Shown here in pieces: positions 32,754-41,755 of a DNA stretch of 64,000 bases (position 1 is its first letter; every line of letters starts with the position of its first letter). The DNA lies in NCBI GenBank assembly GCA_963702435.1, contig CAVPCR010000002.1, forward strand, positions 448,001 through 512,000, in the 5' to 3' direction. Origin of the DNA: Candidatus Eiseniibacteriota bacterium (lineage in GTDB: Bacteria; Eisenbacteria; RBG-16-71-46; CAVPCR01). Below the pieces are notes generated by a model that was given only the letters and a program-made list of their open reading frames with translations, made no database searches and was not told the origin of the DNA. Both the position numbers and the translations under genes were made by a program.

Positions 32754-33716
32754 TCATGACCTCCTCATGAGTTCGGAGGCCTCCGCAGGCGGTCGCGTCT
32801 TCCATCGCCGGTGCACCCAGTAGTACTGCTCGGGATGGAGATAGATGTAGCGCTCGAGGCTCGCCTCGCAGCGCTCCGTGAGGCGGCGGATCTCCCCCTC
32901 GTAGGGCGCGCCCGGGTCGGGATCGAAGGCCGGCTCGAACGAGGCGCGATGCCGGCCGCCGGGCAGGCGGAAGACGCCGCACGGGAGGATGGTCGCTCCC
33001 GTGCGATAGGCGAAGACGGCGGCCCCCGGCTGCACCGAGGCGGGGCGCCCCAGCACGTCGAGGAAGATGCCGTCGGATCCGGCATCCTGGTCGAAGAGCA
33101 TGCCGATCAGCTCGCCCTGGCGGAGGCAGCGAAAGATGCGGCGGAGCTCGGGACCCGGGTTGAGGACGCCGACCCCGAGGTGGCGGCCGCGCGCGCGGTC
33201 CATGTAGCGGTCGACGTAGGGATTCCGCTGCTCCTTGGCCAGGAAGTGAATGGGGAGCCGGTGGTGGGCGATGATGGCGCCGAGGAGCTCCCAGTTCCCG
33301 AAGTGGCCGGTCACGACCACGACCCCTCGCCCACGGCGATGCGCCGCCTCGAGGTGCTCGAGACCGCGAACCTCGAGCCACTCCGGTAGCCCGCGGACGC
33401 GCAGACCTCCGAAGCGACCGTACTCGAAGAGGGTCCGCCCGAGATGCCGGTACACATCCCGCGCGATGCGATCCACACCGGCCCGATCGAGCGTCTGGCC
33501 GAGCGTTGCGCCAAGATTCTCCTCGACCACGCGGCGGCGTGTCCGGAGCACGTGATAGACGAAATCCCCGGCGAGATCTCCGGCGCGACCCATGAGCGGA
33601 GGCGGGAGCAGACCCGCGGCGCCCATGACCGCGCGGAGCGCGAGGTACTCGATCCGATCGCCGAGTCCGCCGCGACGCACCGCTCGGTCGGTCTGCAAGT
33701 CGTGGCGCACGCTCAT
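32754..33716 (-). CDS. Lipid A acyltransferase (LpxL/HtrB family), second copy
   Basis: VTGHFGNWEL, LFDQD, PEQYYWVHRRWKTRP motifs. Confidence 0.9.
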   Translation of the reverse strand: MSVRHDLQTDRAVRRGGLGDRIEYLALRAVMGAAGLLPPPLMGRAGDLAGDFVYHVLRTRRRVVEENLGATLGQTLDRAGVDRIARDVYRHLGRTLFEYGRFGGLRVRGLPEWLEVRGLEHLEAAHRRGRGVVVVTGHFGNWELLGAIIAHHRLPIHFLAKEQRNPYVDRYMDRARGRHLGVGVLNPGPELRRIFRCLRQGELIGMLFDQDAGSDGIFLDVLGRPASVQPGAAVFAYRTGATILPCGVFRLPGGRHRASFEPAFDPDPGAPYEGEIRRLTERCEASLERYIYLHPEQYYWVHRRWKTRPPAEASELMRRS

Positions 33717-35002
33717 GGCGGATTCCCTGGCGCCGCCGGCGCGCGCCGCCCGGTCCAGCGCGCCGCGCGCGGGGTGAGCCGGACGACCCCGCCGGGGAGA
33801 TGCTCGACGAGACCCGCGAGCTCGAGGCGGATGAGCCCGGCGAGCACCTCGGAAACGGCCGCCCCGACCGCGCGCGCCACGAGATCCACCGCCCGCGGGA
33901 TGAGATCGAGCTCGGCGAGGAGCGCTCGCTCCTCGGTGCCGAGCGCCCGCTCCTCGGCGCCGAGCGCTCGCTCCCCGGCGCCGAGCGCGGCATCGAGGCC
34001 ATCGCGGTCACCATCGCCTTCCCCGGCGCTCGTGCCCGCCCCTTCGCCGGGGGTTCGTTCGAGCGGCACCTCGTAGCCGTACACGGCGCTCAGCACATCC
34101 TCGACCCCGAGCGCGAGCCGCGCCCCGGCGGCGAGGAGCTGGTTCGATCCCGCGTTCTCGGGCAGGAGCGGGTCCCCCGGCACGGCCAGCACCTCGGCGC
34201 CCTGATCGGCGGCGAACGCCGACGTGACGAGGGCGCCGCTGCGGACCGGCGCCTGGACCACGACGACGGCCTCGGCCAGGCCCGCGAGCACGCGGTTCCG
34301 CGCGGGGAAGTGCTCGCGCCTGGGCGGCGCGCCCGGCGGATACTCGCTCACGACGAGTCCCGCCGCGAGGATCTCGGCGAAGAGCGCGCGGTGCGCCGCC
34401 GGATAGCAGCGATCGACGCCGGTGCCGAGGACGGCGATCGTCGCGCCCCCGCCCTCGATTGCCCCGCGATGGGCCGCCGCGTCGATGCCGCGCGCGAGCC
34501 CCGACACGACGCACACTCCGGCCCGCGCCGCACCGCGCGCGAGATGGGCCGCGAACTCGCGTGCGCTCGGGGTCGCGCGCCGCGTGCCGACGATCGCGAC
34601 CGCGGGCGACGCAAAGTCCCCGGCGCCGCGCACGTAGAGCCAGGGCGGAGCCCAGTCGAAGGCGCCGAGGCGCTCGGGGTAGCCGGCATCGGTCGCGACG
34701 AGGAGACGCCCGGCGAGAGCCGCCAGGCGCCGGGCGCGACCCCGCACGTCATCGCGCACCGCCCGGTCGTCCCAGCGCACGCGCGCCGGGTCCGTGCTCG
34801 GCGCCGCGAGGAGCGCCGCAAGCGGCGTCCCGTGGCGGAGGAGTCGTTCGCGGACGGACCGCCGCCAGGGTCGCGGGCCGGTGCTCTCATCGAAGAGGAT
34901 GGCCGCCGCCACATCGTCCTGATCCACTTCCCACTCAGGCGGTCGCCCGTCGTGAGATTCGCTCCTGCACGCTCTGCTCCGCGGCGCGATCCCGCGCGCC
35001 AC
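33713..35002 (-). CDS. dprA: DNA-processing protein DprA
   Basis: AIVGTRRAT, VSGLARGIDAAAH, FPARNR, SGALVT, GSNQL motifs. Start uncertain. Confidence 0.92.
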   Translation of the reverse strand: MARGIAPRSRACRSESHDGRPPEWEVDQDDVAAAILFDESTGPRPWRRSVRERLLRHGTPLAALLAAPSTDPARVRWDDRAVRDDVRGRARRLAALAGRLLVATDAGYPERLGAFDWAPPWLYVRGAGDFASPAVAIVGTRRATPSAREFAAHLARGAARAGVCVVSGLARGIDAAAHRGAIEGGGATIAVLGTGVDRCYPAAHRALFAEILAAGLVVSEYPPGAPPRREHFPARNRVLAGLAEAVVVVQAPVRSGALVTSAFAADQGAEVLAVPGDPLLPENAGSNQLLAAGARLALGVEDVLSAVYGYEVPLERTPGEGAGTSAGEGDGDRDGLDAALGAGERALGAEERALGTEERALLAELDLIPRAVDLVARAVGAAVSEVLAGLIRLELAGLVEHLPGGVVRLTPRAARWTGRRAPAAPGNPP

Positions 35003-35054
35003 CTCCCGTTCCTCTCCCCTGCTCGTCTCCCCTCATCGGACACGTGCCCGACTT

Positions 35055-35133
35055 CTCACCGCGGGCTCACGCCGCCGGCCCTCACCGCGGGCTCACACCG
35101 CCGGCCCTCACCGCCGGCTCGCCCGCGGCTCAC
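35055..35133. repeat. 26-bp tandem repeat (about 3 copies)
   Basis: CTCACCGCGGGCTCACRCCGCCGGCC at 35055 and 35081, degenerate copy at 35107. Confidence 0.75.
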
Positions 35134-35702
35134 TCGCCGGCCGGCGCCTCGCCCTCCGTCGCTCCCTTCTCGAGGGCGGCGGCCCGCGCCTCCGCCTCCT
35201 GGGACGCCCGCAGCGCGCCTGCATCGGCGATGGCATGCACGAGAGGGGTCCAGTCCGCGGCGTGCTGCGAACGGCCCGGGTCGATGCCGGCATTGGCGAG
35301 CGCCGCGAGGATGGGGCCGTTGCTGTGCCGCCGCACCATCGCCCCGAGCGCGCCGGCCACGGCCTTCCGCACCGTGGCGTTCTCATCATGGAGCCGGCCG
35401 ATGAGCACCGGCAGGCTCTCCGGCGCGCCGATCTGCCCGAGCGCCGCCGCCGCGCACGCCCGCGTGTACCACAGCCCCTCGTCGAGGAGGCTCGACAGCG
35501 GTCCGATGACGTCCTCGCCGCGTTCCACGAGGGCCTCGGCCGCGCGCTCGCGGACATGCCAGCTCTGATCGCACAGGAGTTCGAGAAGGAGCGGCACCGA
35601 TTTCTCGGGCCGCTCGCTCCGGAGCTGCGCGATGAGCTCGATCTTGCCCTCGAGCGTGCGAAGCCGCGGATCGAAGGTCAGCGGGTACGGGCGCGGGGTC
35701 AT
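35130..35702 (-). CDS. HEAT-repeat protein
   Basis: [48 protein letters not shown] repeats. Confidence 0.8.
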   Translation of the reverse strand: MTPRPYPLTFDPRLRTLEGKIELIAQLRSERPEKSVPLLLELLCDQSWHVRERAAEALVERGEDVIGPLSSLLDEGLWYTRACAAAALGQIGAPESLPVLIGRLHDENATVRKAVAGALGAMVRRHSNGPILAALANAGIDPGRSQHAADWTPLVHAIADAGALRASQEAEARAAALEKGATEGEAPAGE

Positions 35703-36805
35703 GTCGCGATTCCTCCTCCTGCGAGGGGATCCTCATCGTCCTGGCCGGGGGTCACGTCATCGTCCTTCTCGAGAGCGCTGTTCACGCTCGCCGGATGCTC
35801 CTGCGCTCGCGGCGGCCGCGGCCCGGTGAAACCGAGGCTCTCGGCGATCCGCCGCCGGAGATCCTGCAGATTGTCGCCGGTCGCCGCCGAAATGGCGAGC
35901 GCCGATCCACGGGCGACGCGGGCGGCGGCGCCAGGCGGGAGGGGCTCCCCGGCGAGGACATCCAGCTTCGAGTAACAGATGAGCCGCGGCTTGTCGAGAA
36001 GCGCCGGCGAGTACGCGCGGAGCTCACCCTCGAGGAGCGCCACATCCGCTTCCGGATCGTCGCGGCTCACGTCGATCAGGAAGAGGAGGACGCGGGTACG
36101 CTCGATGTGGCGGAGGAACTGGATCCCGAGCCCCTTGCCGAGGTGCGCCCCCTCGATCAGCCCGGGCAGATCGGCCATCACATAGCTCACCCCATCCCCT
36201 ATTTCGACCAGTCCGAGGTGCGGCTCCAGCGTCGTGAACGGATAGGCCGCAATCCGCGGGCGCGCCGCTGACAGCCGCGAGAGCAAGGTCGACTTGCCGG
36301 CGTTGGGCAGGCCGACGAGCCCGACATCGGCGATCAGCTTGAGATCGAGCCTCAGCCGCCGCTCCTTGCCCAAAGTCCCCGGCCGCGCGAAGCGGGGCGC
36401 CTGCCGGGTCGGGGTCGCGAAGTGCGAATTGCCCCATCCGCCGCGCCCGCCGGCCGCCACGGTGACGCGCTCGTCCGCCGCCGTGAGGTCAGCAAGCGTC
36501 GTGCCCGATTCGGCTTCGATCACGACGGTGCCCGGCGGCACCGCGACGAGGAGGTCCTCGCCCGAGCGGCCGCTCTGGTTCTTCCCGCGGCCGTGCTCGC
36601 CGCGCTCGGCTGCGAAGCGGGTCTGGTGGCGAAAGTCGAGGAGCGTGCGCAGGTTCGGATCCACGTAGAAGATCACGCTCCCGCCGTGGCCGCCGTCGCC
36701 GCCGTTCGGGCCGCCGCGCGGCACGTACTTCTCGCGGCGGAAGGAGATGCAACCGTCGCCGCCGCGTCCGCCGGCGACATCGATGGTGACCGAATCTACG
36801 AGCAT
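35699..36805 (-). CDS. obgE: GTPase ObgE/CgtA
   Basis: [43 protein letters not shown] motifs. Confidence 0.97.
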   Translation of the reverse strand: MLVDSVTIDVAGGRGGDGCISFRREKYVPRGGPNGGDGGHGGSVIFYVDPNLRTLLDFRHQTRFAAERGEHGRGKNQSGRSGEDLLVAVPPGTVVIEAESGTTLADLTAADERVTVAAGGRGGWGNSHFATPTRQAPRFARPGTLGKERRLRLDLKLIADVGLVGLPNAGKSTLLSRLSAARPRIAAYPFTTLEPHLGLVEIGDGVSYVMADLPGLIEGAHLGKGLGIQFLRHIERTRVLLFLIDVSRDDPEADVALLEGELRAYSPALLDKPRLICYSKLDVLAGEPLPPGAAARVARGSALAISAATGDNLQDLRRRIAESLGFTGPRPPRAQEHPASVNSALEKDDDVTPGQDDEDPLAGGGIAT

Positions 36806-36933
36806 CGGCTAATGCGGTCCGCCACCCGGGAGCGGGGTCGGGGATGGACCGGCACTCGCCCCGGAACGCGAGCTGCCTCCCCCGTGGACAGAACGGTCAA
36901 CATCGTGCGCAGGGAAGATCATCTGCCGCGCGA

Positions 36934-37434
36934 TCACGGCTCGACGTTCGTCGGCCCCGAGGCGAAGCGCGCGCGGAGCCGCTTCGCCACGAGCGGCGGC
37001 ACGAAGGTCTCGACCGGGCCGCCGAGCCGCGCGATCTCGCGCACGACGGTCGAGTTCAGATAGATGTAGCGCTCGCTCGGCATCAGGAAGACGGTATCGA
37101 TCCCCTCGTCGAGCCGGCGGTTCATGAGCGCCATCTGGAACTCGTACTCGAAGTCGGAGATGACGCGGAGCCCGCGGATCACGGCGCGCACGCCCGCGGC
37201 GCGGGCGAACTCGACGAGCATCCCCTCGAAGCTCTGGACCTCGACGCCGGCGAGATCGGCGGTCGCCTCGCGGATCATCTCGACGCGCTCGTCCGTGGAG
37301 AAGAGGACGCGTTTCTCGCGCTGCTCGGCCACTCCGATCACGATGTGGTCGAAGATGGTGAGCGCTCGCCGCACGATGTCGAGATGGCCCAGCGTGACCG
37401 GGTCGAAGGTGCCGGGGAAGATGGCTCGATCCAC
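36934..37434 (-). CDS. coaD: Pantetheine-phosphate adenylyltransferase
   Basis: AIFPGTFDPVTLGHLD, RGLRVISDFEYEFQMALMN. Confidence 0.96.
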   Translation of the reverse strand: MDRAIFPGTFDPVTLGHLDIVRRALTIFDHIVIGVAEQREKRVLFSTDERVEMIREATADLAGVEVQSFEGMLVEFARAAGVRAVIRGLRVISDFEYEFQMALMNRRLDEGIDTVFLMPSERYIYLNSTVVREIARLGGPVETFVPPLVAKRLRARFASGPTNVEP

Positions 37435-37584
37435 ACGCCCTCCCGCATGAATGGGCTCTGGCCGCCCGCCGGACGGCGGCGGTGCTGGCCGCACGCCGGC
37501 AGCGATCGGCGGAGCCTAGCAGGGCATGAGGAAGCAGGCTAGCCCCGGACCTCCCCGCTTCTTCACCTCACCCGCTTCTTCCCC

Positions 37585-37884
37585 TCAGCTGACGTCCTTC
37601 GCGATCTCGAGGAAGCGGGAGTACGGGATCGCGGTCCATGACTCGGCCTTGACCGCCCCGCGCGCGAGCGAGATGAGGCTCACCTTCGCCGCGATCTCCT
37701 CGTCCGGCGCCTCGAAGATGTCCATGAAGTCGTACGGTCCGAGGAGCGCGTAGTGGGCGACCCACCGGACGTCGGGGCACTTCTCGTCCACCGCGGTCTT
37801 CCACCGGCGACCGATCTCGGCACGATGGCCGACATCGCGCGTCACCTCGGGCGAGAGCTTGGTCATGAGGATGAACGTGGCCAT
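37585..37884 (-). CDS. GYD-domain protein
   Basis: MATFILMTKL...YALLGPYDFMDIFEAPDEEIA...ESWTAIP; AGGAGG RBS. Confidence 0.85.
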   Translation of the reverse strand: MATFILMTKLSPEVTRDVGHRAEIGRRWKTAVDEKCPDVRWVAHYALLGPYDFMDIFEAPDEEIAAKVSLISLARGAVKAESWTAIPYSRFLEIAKDVS

Positions 37885-37918
37885 GGCGCACCTCCTTTCC
37901 TCGCGACCGATCTTCCCA

Positions 37919-38007
37919 CCGCCGGCAAGCAGGCGCCAGGGGGCGGGCACCCGCCGGCAAGCAGGCGCCAGGGGGCGGCCCGCCGGCAAGCAAGCGCCAG
38001 GGGGCGG
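37919..38007. repeat. Three direct repeats of CCGCCGGCAAGCARGCGCCAGGGGGCGG
   Basis: Copies at 37919, 37951 and 37980 between rsmD and the GYD gene. Confidence 0.85.
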
Positions 38008-38023
38008 CCCGCCGGGGCGGTCC

Positions 38024-38572
38024 TCAGCTCGCGGCCACGGCGAGAAGGGTGACCACCGTGTCGCCGAAGCGCCGCTCATCGACGACCCGGAGGCAGTCGT
38101 CTGCCGGGAGCTCGACCCGGCGATCGTGCTCCCAGGCAATGAGCCCGTCCGGCCCGAGGATCCCGGGCGCGAGGAGGCCGCGGAGGAAGGGGTCAGCCGG
38201 CGCCGCGTAGGGTGGATCGAGCAGGACCAGGTCGAAGGCGGCGCCGGTCGCAGCGAAGGTCGGGAAGAGACGCTCGGCGGGAGCGACCAGGACCTCGCTC
38301 CGGGCGAGGAGTCCGAGGGCCGCGAGGTTCGCGCGCGCGACCTGGGCCACGGCCGCTACGACCTCGACGAAGACGCAATGCACGGCTCCCCGCGACAGCG
38401 CCTCGATGCCGAGGGCGCCCGAGCCGGCGCAGAGATCGAGGACGCGCGCCCCGGGAAGCCGCGGCGCAAGCACCATGAAGAGGGTCTCGCGAACGCGATC
38501 GGCGGTCGGACGCACGCCGCGGGCAGGCACCCGGAGCCGCCGCCCGCGCTGCTCTCCCCCGGTCACGCGCAT
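38024..38572 (-). CDS. rsmD: 16S rRNA m2G966 methyltransferase
   Basis: MRVTGG...RPTADRVRETLF, LDLCAGSGALGIEALSRGA, LDPPY. Confidence 0.93.
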   Translation of the reverse strand: MRVTGGEQRGRRLRVPARGVRPTADRVRETLFMVLAPRLPGARVLDLCAGSGALGIEALSRGAVHCVFVEVVAAVAQVARANLAALGLLARSEVLVAPAERLFPTFAATGAAFDLVLLDPPYAAPADPFLRGLLAPGILGPDGLIAWEHDRRVELPADDCLRVVDERRFGDTVVTLLAVAAS

Positions 38573-39180
38573 GGCGGCGACGCGCGCGCGCTCGAGTCGA
38601 GCGCGGCGAGGACGAGCGACGCGACCGCATCGGGCGCGAGCCCGTCGGTGTCGATTGTCGTGTGGGCCTGGGCGTACCAGGTGGCGCGCGCGGCGAGGAG
38701 GACGGCGAGGCGGGCCAGCGCCGCGGACTCCGCGCCCGGCCCTGCCTCCTCCGGGGCGAGGAGCGGGCGGGCGGCCCGCTCGGCGGCGGGGAGCCGAGCG
38801 AGCAGGGTCTCGGGGCGAGCGCGGAGCCAGACCGTCCACGCCGCCGCGCGAATCGCGCGCACGTTCTCGGCGCCGACGAACATGCCGCCGCCGAGCGCGA
38901 GCACGTGTCCGGAGCGGGAGGGCAGGCCGGCGATGAAGCGGCGCTCGAGCGCGCGAAAGCCCGCCTCCCCCTCCCGGGCCAAGAGCTCGCGCACCGAGGC
39001 GGCGCCGGCGGTGGCGGCGATCGCGTCGTCCGCGTCGACGAAGGGCCGCCCGAGGCGGGCGGCGAGGAGGCGGCCGACCTCGCTCTTCCCCGCGCCCATC
39101 ATGCCGACCAGGGCGACCGGGCAGCCGGTGCCGAGCGCCTCCGCCGCGCTCGCGTTTCCTCTGGGAGCTCGATCGTTCAT
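38563..39180 (-). CDS. aroK: Shikimate kinase
   Basis: LVGMMGAGKSEVG, FVDAD, GEAGFRALE, ALGGG, RPLL. Confidence 0.92.
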   Translation of the reverse strand: MNDRAPRGNASAAEALGTGCPVALVGMMGAGKSEVGRLLAARLGRPFVDADDAIAATAGAASVRELLAREGEAGFRALERRFIAGLPSRSGHVLALGGGMFVGAENVRAIRAAAWTVWLRARPETLLARLPAAERAARPLLAPEEAGPGAESAALARLAVLLAARATWYAQAHTTIDTDGLAPDAVASLVLAALDSSARASPPCA

Positions 39181-39276
39181 CTGCTAACGTCACCCATCGG
39201 CGGAACACCCCTCGCTCGTCGTCCGGCCGCCCGTTCCGGTCCCACGGAGACAATTCGCTCGAGAAGCACCGCGCCC

Positions 39277-39771
39277 ATGCGGATCAGCGACTATCTCACT
39301 CGCGATCGCATCGCTCTCGACCTCGACGCGCGTCCGAAGACCGCGGTGCTCGGCGGCCTGGTCTCGATGCTCGCCGCTTCCCTCGGTCTCCCCGATCGCG
39401 AACCGCTCCTCGCGGAAGTGCTCCGCCGTGAGTCGATCATGTCCACGGGCATCGGCGATGGGATCGCCATTCCGCACGCCGCCGTCGACGGGATCGTCGG
39501 GCCGGCAATCGCGATCGGCATCGCCCCGGGCGGGATCGACTTCGAGTCGGTCGACGCGAAGCCGGTACACGTGATCTTCCTCCTCGTCGGAAACCGCGAT
39601 GCGCCCGGGCTCCAGCTCAAGGCGCTGGCCCGGATCGCGCGTCTCACCCGCGAGCCGGGTTTCATCGCGAGCCTCACGGCGGCCGGGACGCCGGAGGCCG
39701 CCCTCGCCCTCATCGCCGCCGAGGACGCGCGCGCCGAGGAGGTCCCGCCGCCGCCCGAGATCAAGCGGTGA
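39277..39771 (+). CDS. PTS EIIA (Ntr/fructose-type) domain protein
   Basis: RESIMSTGIGDGIAIPHA, FESVDAKPVHVIFLL. Confidence 0.88.
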   Translation: MRISDYLTRDRIALDLDARPKTAVLGGLVSMLAASLGLPDREPLLAEVLRRESIMSTGIGDGIAIPHAAVDGIVGPAIAIGIAPGGIDFESVDAKPVHVIFLLVGNRDAPGLQLKALARIARLTREPGFIASLTAAGTPEAALALIAAEDARAEEVPPPPEIKR

Positions 39772-39803
39772 CGTTCGAAGCAGCGATCTTCACGCGGTGA
39801 CTC

Positions 39804-41615
39804 TCACGATGTGACCTTGAGGACGACGAGCGTCAGGTCGTCGCCCGGCACCTTCCGCTTCGAGAAGGTCCGCACCGCCCGCTCGATCGCCGCCGCGATC
39901 TTGGCCGCAGAGCGCAAGCGCACGGTGACCGCCATGTCGAGGAGGCGTGCCGTCCCGAACTCCTCGTCATCCTTGTTGATCGCCTCGGTGACGCCGTCCG
40001 TGTAGAGGAGGAGCATGTCCCCGGCGCGGAAGTGCACGAGCCCCTCGTCGTAGCGCTGATCCGGAAACGCGCCGAGGACGGTGCCGCCCGTCGCCAGCTC
40101 TTCCACCGAACCGTCCTCGTGCACGAGGATCCCGGGGTAGTGCCCGGCGCTCGCGTACGTGAACCGCCGCTTGTCGATGTCGAGCACGCCGTAGAGCGCG
40201 GTGACGAAGCGGCTCGGCTCGGTCGTCTCGAGGAGGAGCTGGTTGACCTTGTTGAAGATGGTGGAGATCGAGTAGTTGTTGCGGATCTCGGCGCGCATGC
40301 TCGAGCGGAAGCTCGAGAGGATGAGCCCGGCGGCCACCCCCTTCCCGGCGACGTCGCCGATCGCGATCCCGAGCTGTCCGGGCGCCACGGTGACGAAGTC
40401 GTAGTAGTCGCCGCCGACGTCGAAGGACGGCACGTTGAGCCCGGCGAGATCGATGCCCTTGAGTTTCGGGGGCGCCTGCGGCAGGAAGGAGAGCTGGATC
40501 TGGCGCGCGATCGCGAGATCCTCCTCGATCCGGCGGACGCGCACCCCTTCCTCGTGGAGGCGCGCCACCTCGACCGCCACCGCCGCCGAGTCGGCGAAGG
40601 CCGAGAGCCGCTTCAGATCCTCGTTCGAGTAGGCGGCGAGCCGGTCGCTCTCGAGGACGAAGGCCCCGATCACCTTGCCGCGCGCGATGAGCGGCGCCAC
40701 CATCTCCGCGCGCGTGCTCTCGCGGGAGTTCACGTAGCGCGTGTCGACGGTCACATCGGGAACGATGACCGGCTTTCCCTTCGAGATCGACCAGCCGACG
40801 ATGCCGTCACCCACCTTGAGCTGCGCGCGCTCGAAGTTCTCGGGGTCGTAGCCGCGGAGCATCGTGTGCTCGATCGCCTTGTCCTTGCCGACGAGGAAGA
40901 TGCCGACCGCATCGAAGGCGACGAGCCGCGCGAGCCCCGACACGATGCGCTCGAGCACCTCGTCGACCGAGAGCGTCGAGAGGAGCGCGCGCCCGGCGTC
41001 GCGGATCAGCTCGAGCGCGAGCTTCTCCTGCTCGAGGCTCTTCACGAGCCAGGCGTTCCGGAGCGCGATCGCAAGCTCGTCGGCCACCGCGGCGAGAAAG
41101 GACTCGTGCGTGGGATCGAAGCCGCCCGGGCGGTTCACGACGTCGAGGGCGCCGAGGACGCGGCCATCAGCCCGGAGCGGCACCGAGAGGAGGTTCCGGA
41201 TCGGGAGCGGGGCGGGGCCCCCGGGGCGCGCCGCGTAAGGGGTGAAGCGGGGGTCCGTGGTCGCATCGTCGATGCGGAGGGTTTGGCCGTGGAGGACGAC
41301 CCAGCCGGCCGTTCCCTGCCCGGGTGCGATGAGGAGGTCGGGAGCGGCCGCTCCATGCGCGGCGGGCCCGGCGGCCGGCTGCTGGAAGACCCGAGGCGTC
41401 AGGCGGGGCGGATCCCCGTCGAGGAGGAAGAGCGACCCGGCTTCCGCTCCGACCGCCCGCGCCGCGGTGGCCACGACGACGGGCAGGCGCGCGCTCGGAT
41501 CCACCGCCGCGTTCAGCTCGCGGAAGATCTCGATGAGCGCCGCGAGCTCGCGGTTCGCGGGCACGGTGGGCGGCGTGGGCGCGGGCGCGGCGGTGTTTTG
41601 GACGGGCTCGTTCAT
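39804..41615 (-). CDS. GAF-GAF-PP2C (SpoIIE/RsbU-type) phosphatase
   Basis: Two GAF domains; VGGDYYD, GDVAGKG, SAGH, YTDGVTE, DDLT motifs. Confidence 0.92.
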   Translation of the reverse strand: MNEPVQNTAAPAPTPPTVPANRELAALIEIFRELNAAVDPSARLPVVVATAARAVGAEAGSLFLLDGDPPRLTPRVFQQPAAGPAAHGAAAPDLLIAPGQGTAGWVVLHGQTLRIDDATTDPRFTPYAARPGGPAPLPIRNLLSVPLRADGRVLGALDVVNRPGGFDPTHESFLAAVADELAIALRNAWLVKSLEQEKLALELIRDAGRALLSTLSVDEVLERIVSGLARLVAFDAVGIFLVGKDKAIEHTMLRGYDPENFERAQLKVGDGIVGWSISKGKPVIVPDVTVDTRYVNSRESTRAEMVAPLIARGKVIGAFVLESDRLAAYSNEDLKRLSAFADSAAVAVEVARLHEEGVRVRRIEEDLAIARQIQLSFLPQAPPKLKGIDLAGLNVPSFDVGGDYYDFVTVAPGQLGIAIGDVAGKGVAAGLILSSFRSSMRAEIRNNYSISTIFNKVNQLLLETTEPSRFVTALYGVLDIDKRRFTYASAGHYPGILVHEDGSVEELATGGTVLGAFPDQRYDEGLVHFRAGDMLLLYTDGVTEAINKDDEEFGTARLLDMAVTVRLRSAAKIAAAIERAVRTFSKRKVPGDDLTLVVLKVTS

Positions 41616-41755
41616 CCTCGGTTCCTGGCTCGACGCAAGGGACCGGGGATTCTAGCACGCCCTGGAGACCCAGCGACGCCCAATCAAGCGGACGGGCCCT
41701 CATGAAGCATTGCAGGCTTCCGCACCGACTCAAGGGCGCACGAGAGCAGACCGCG

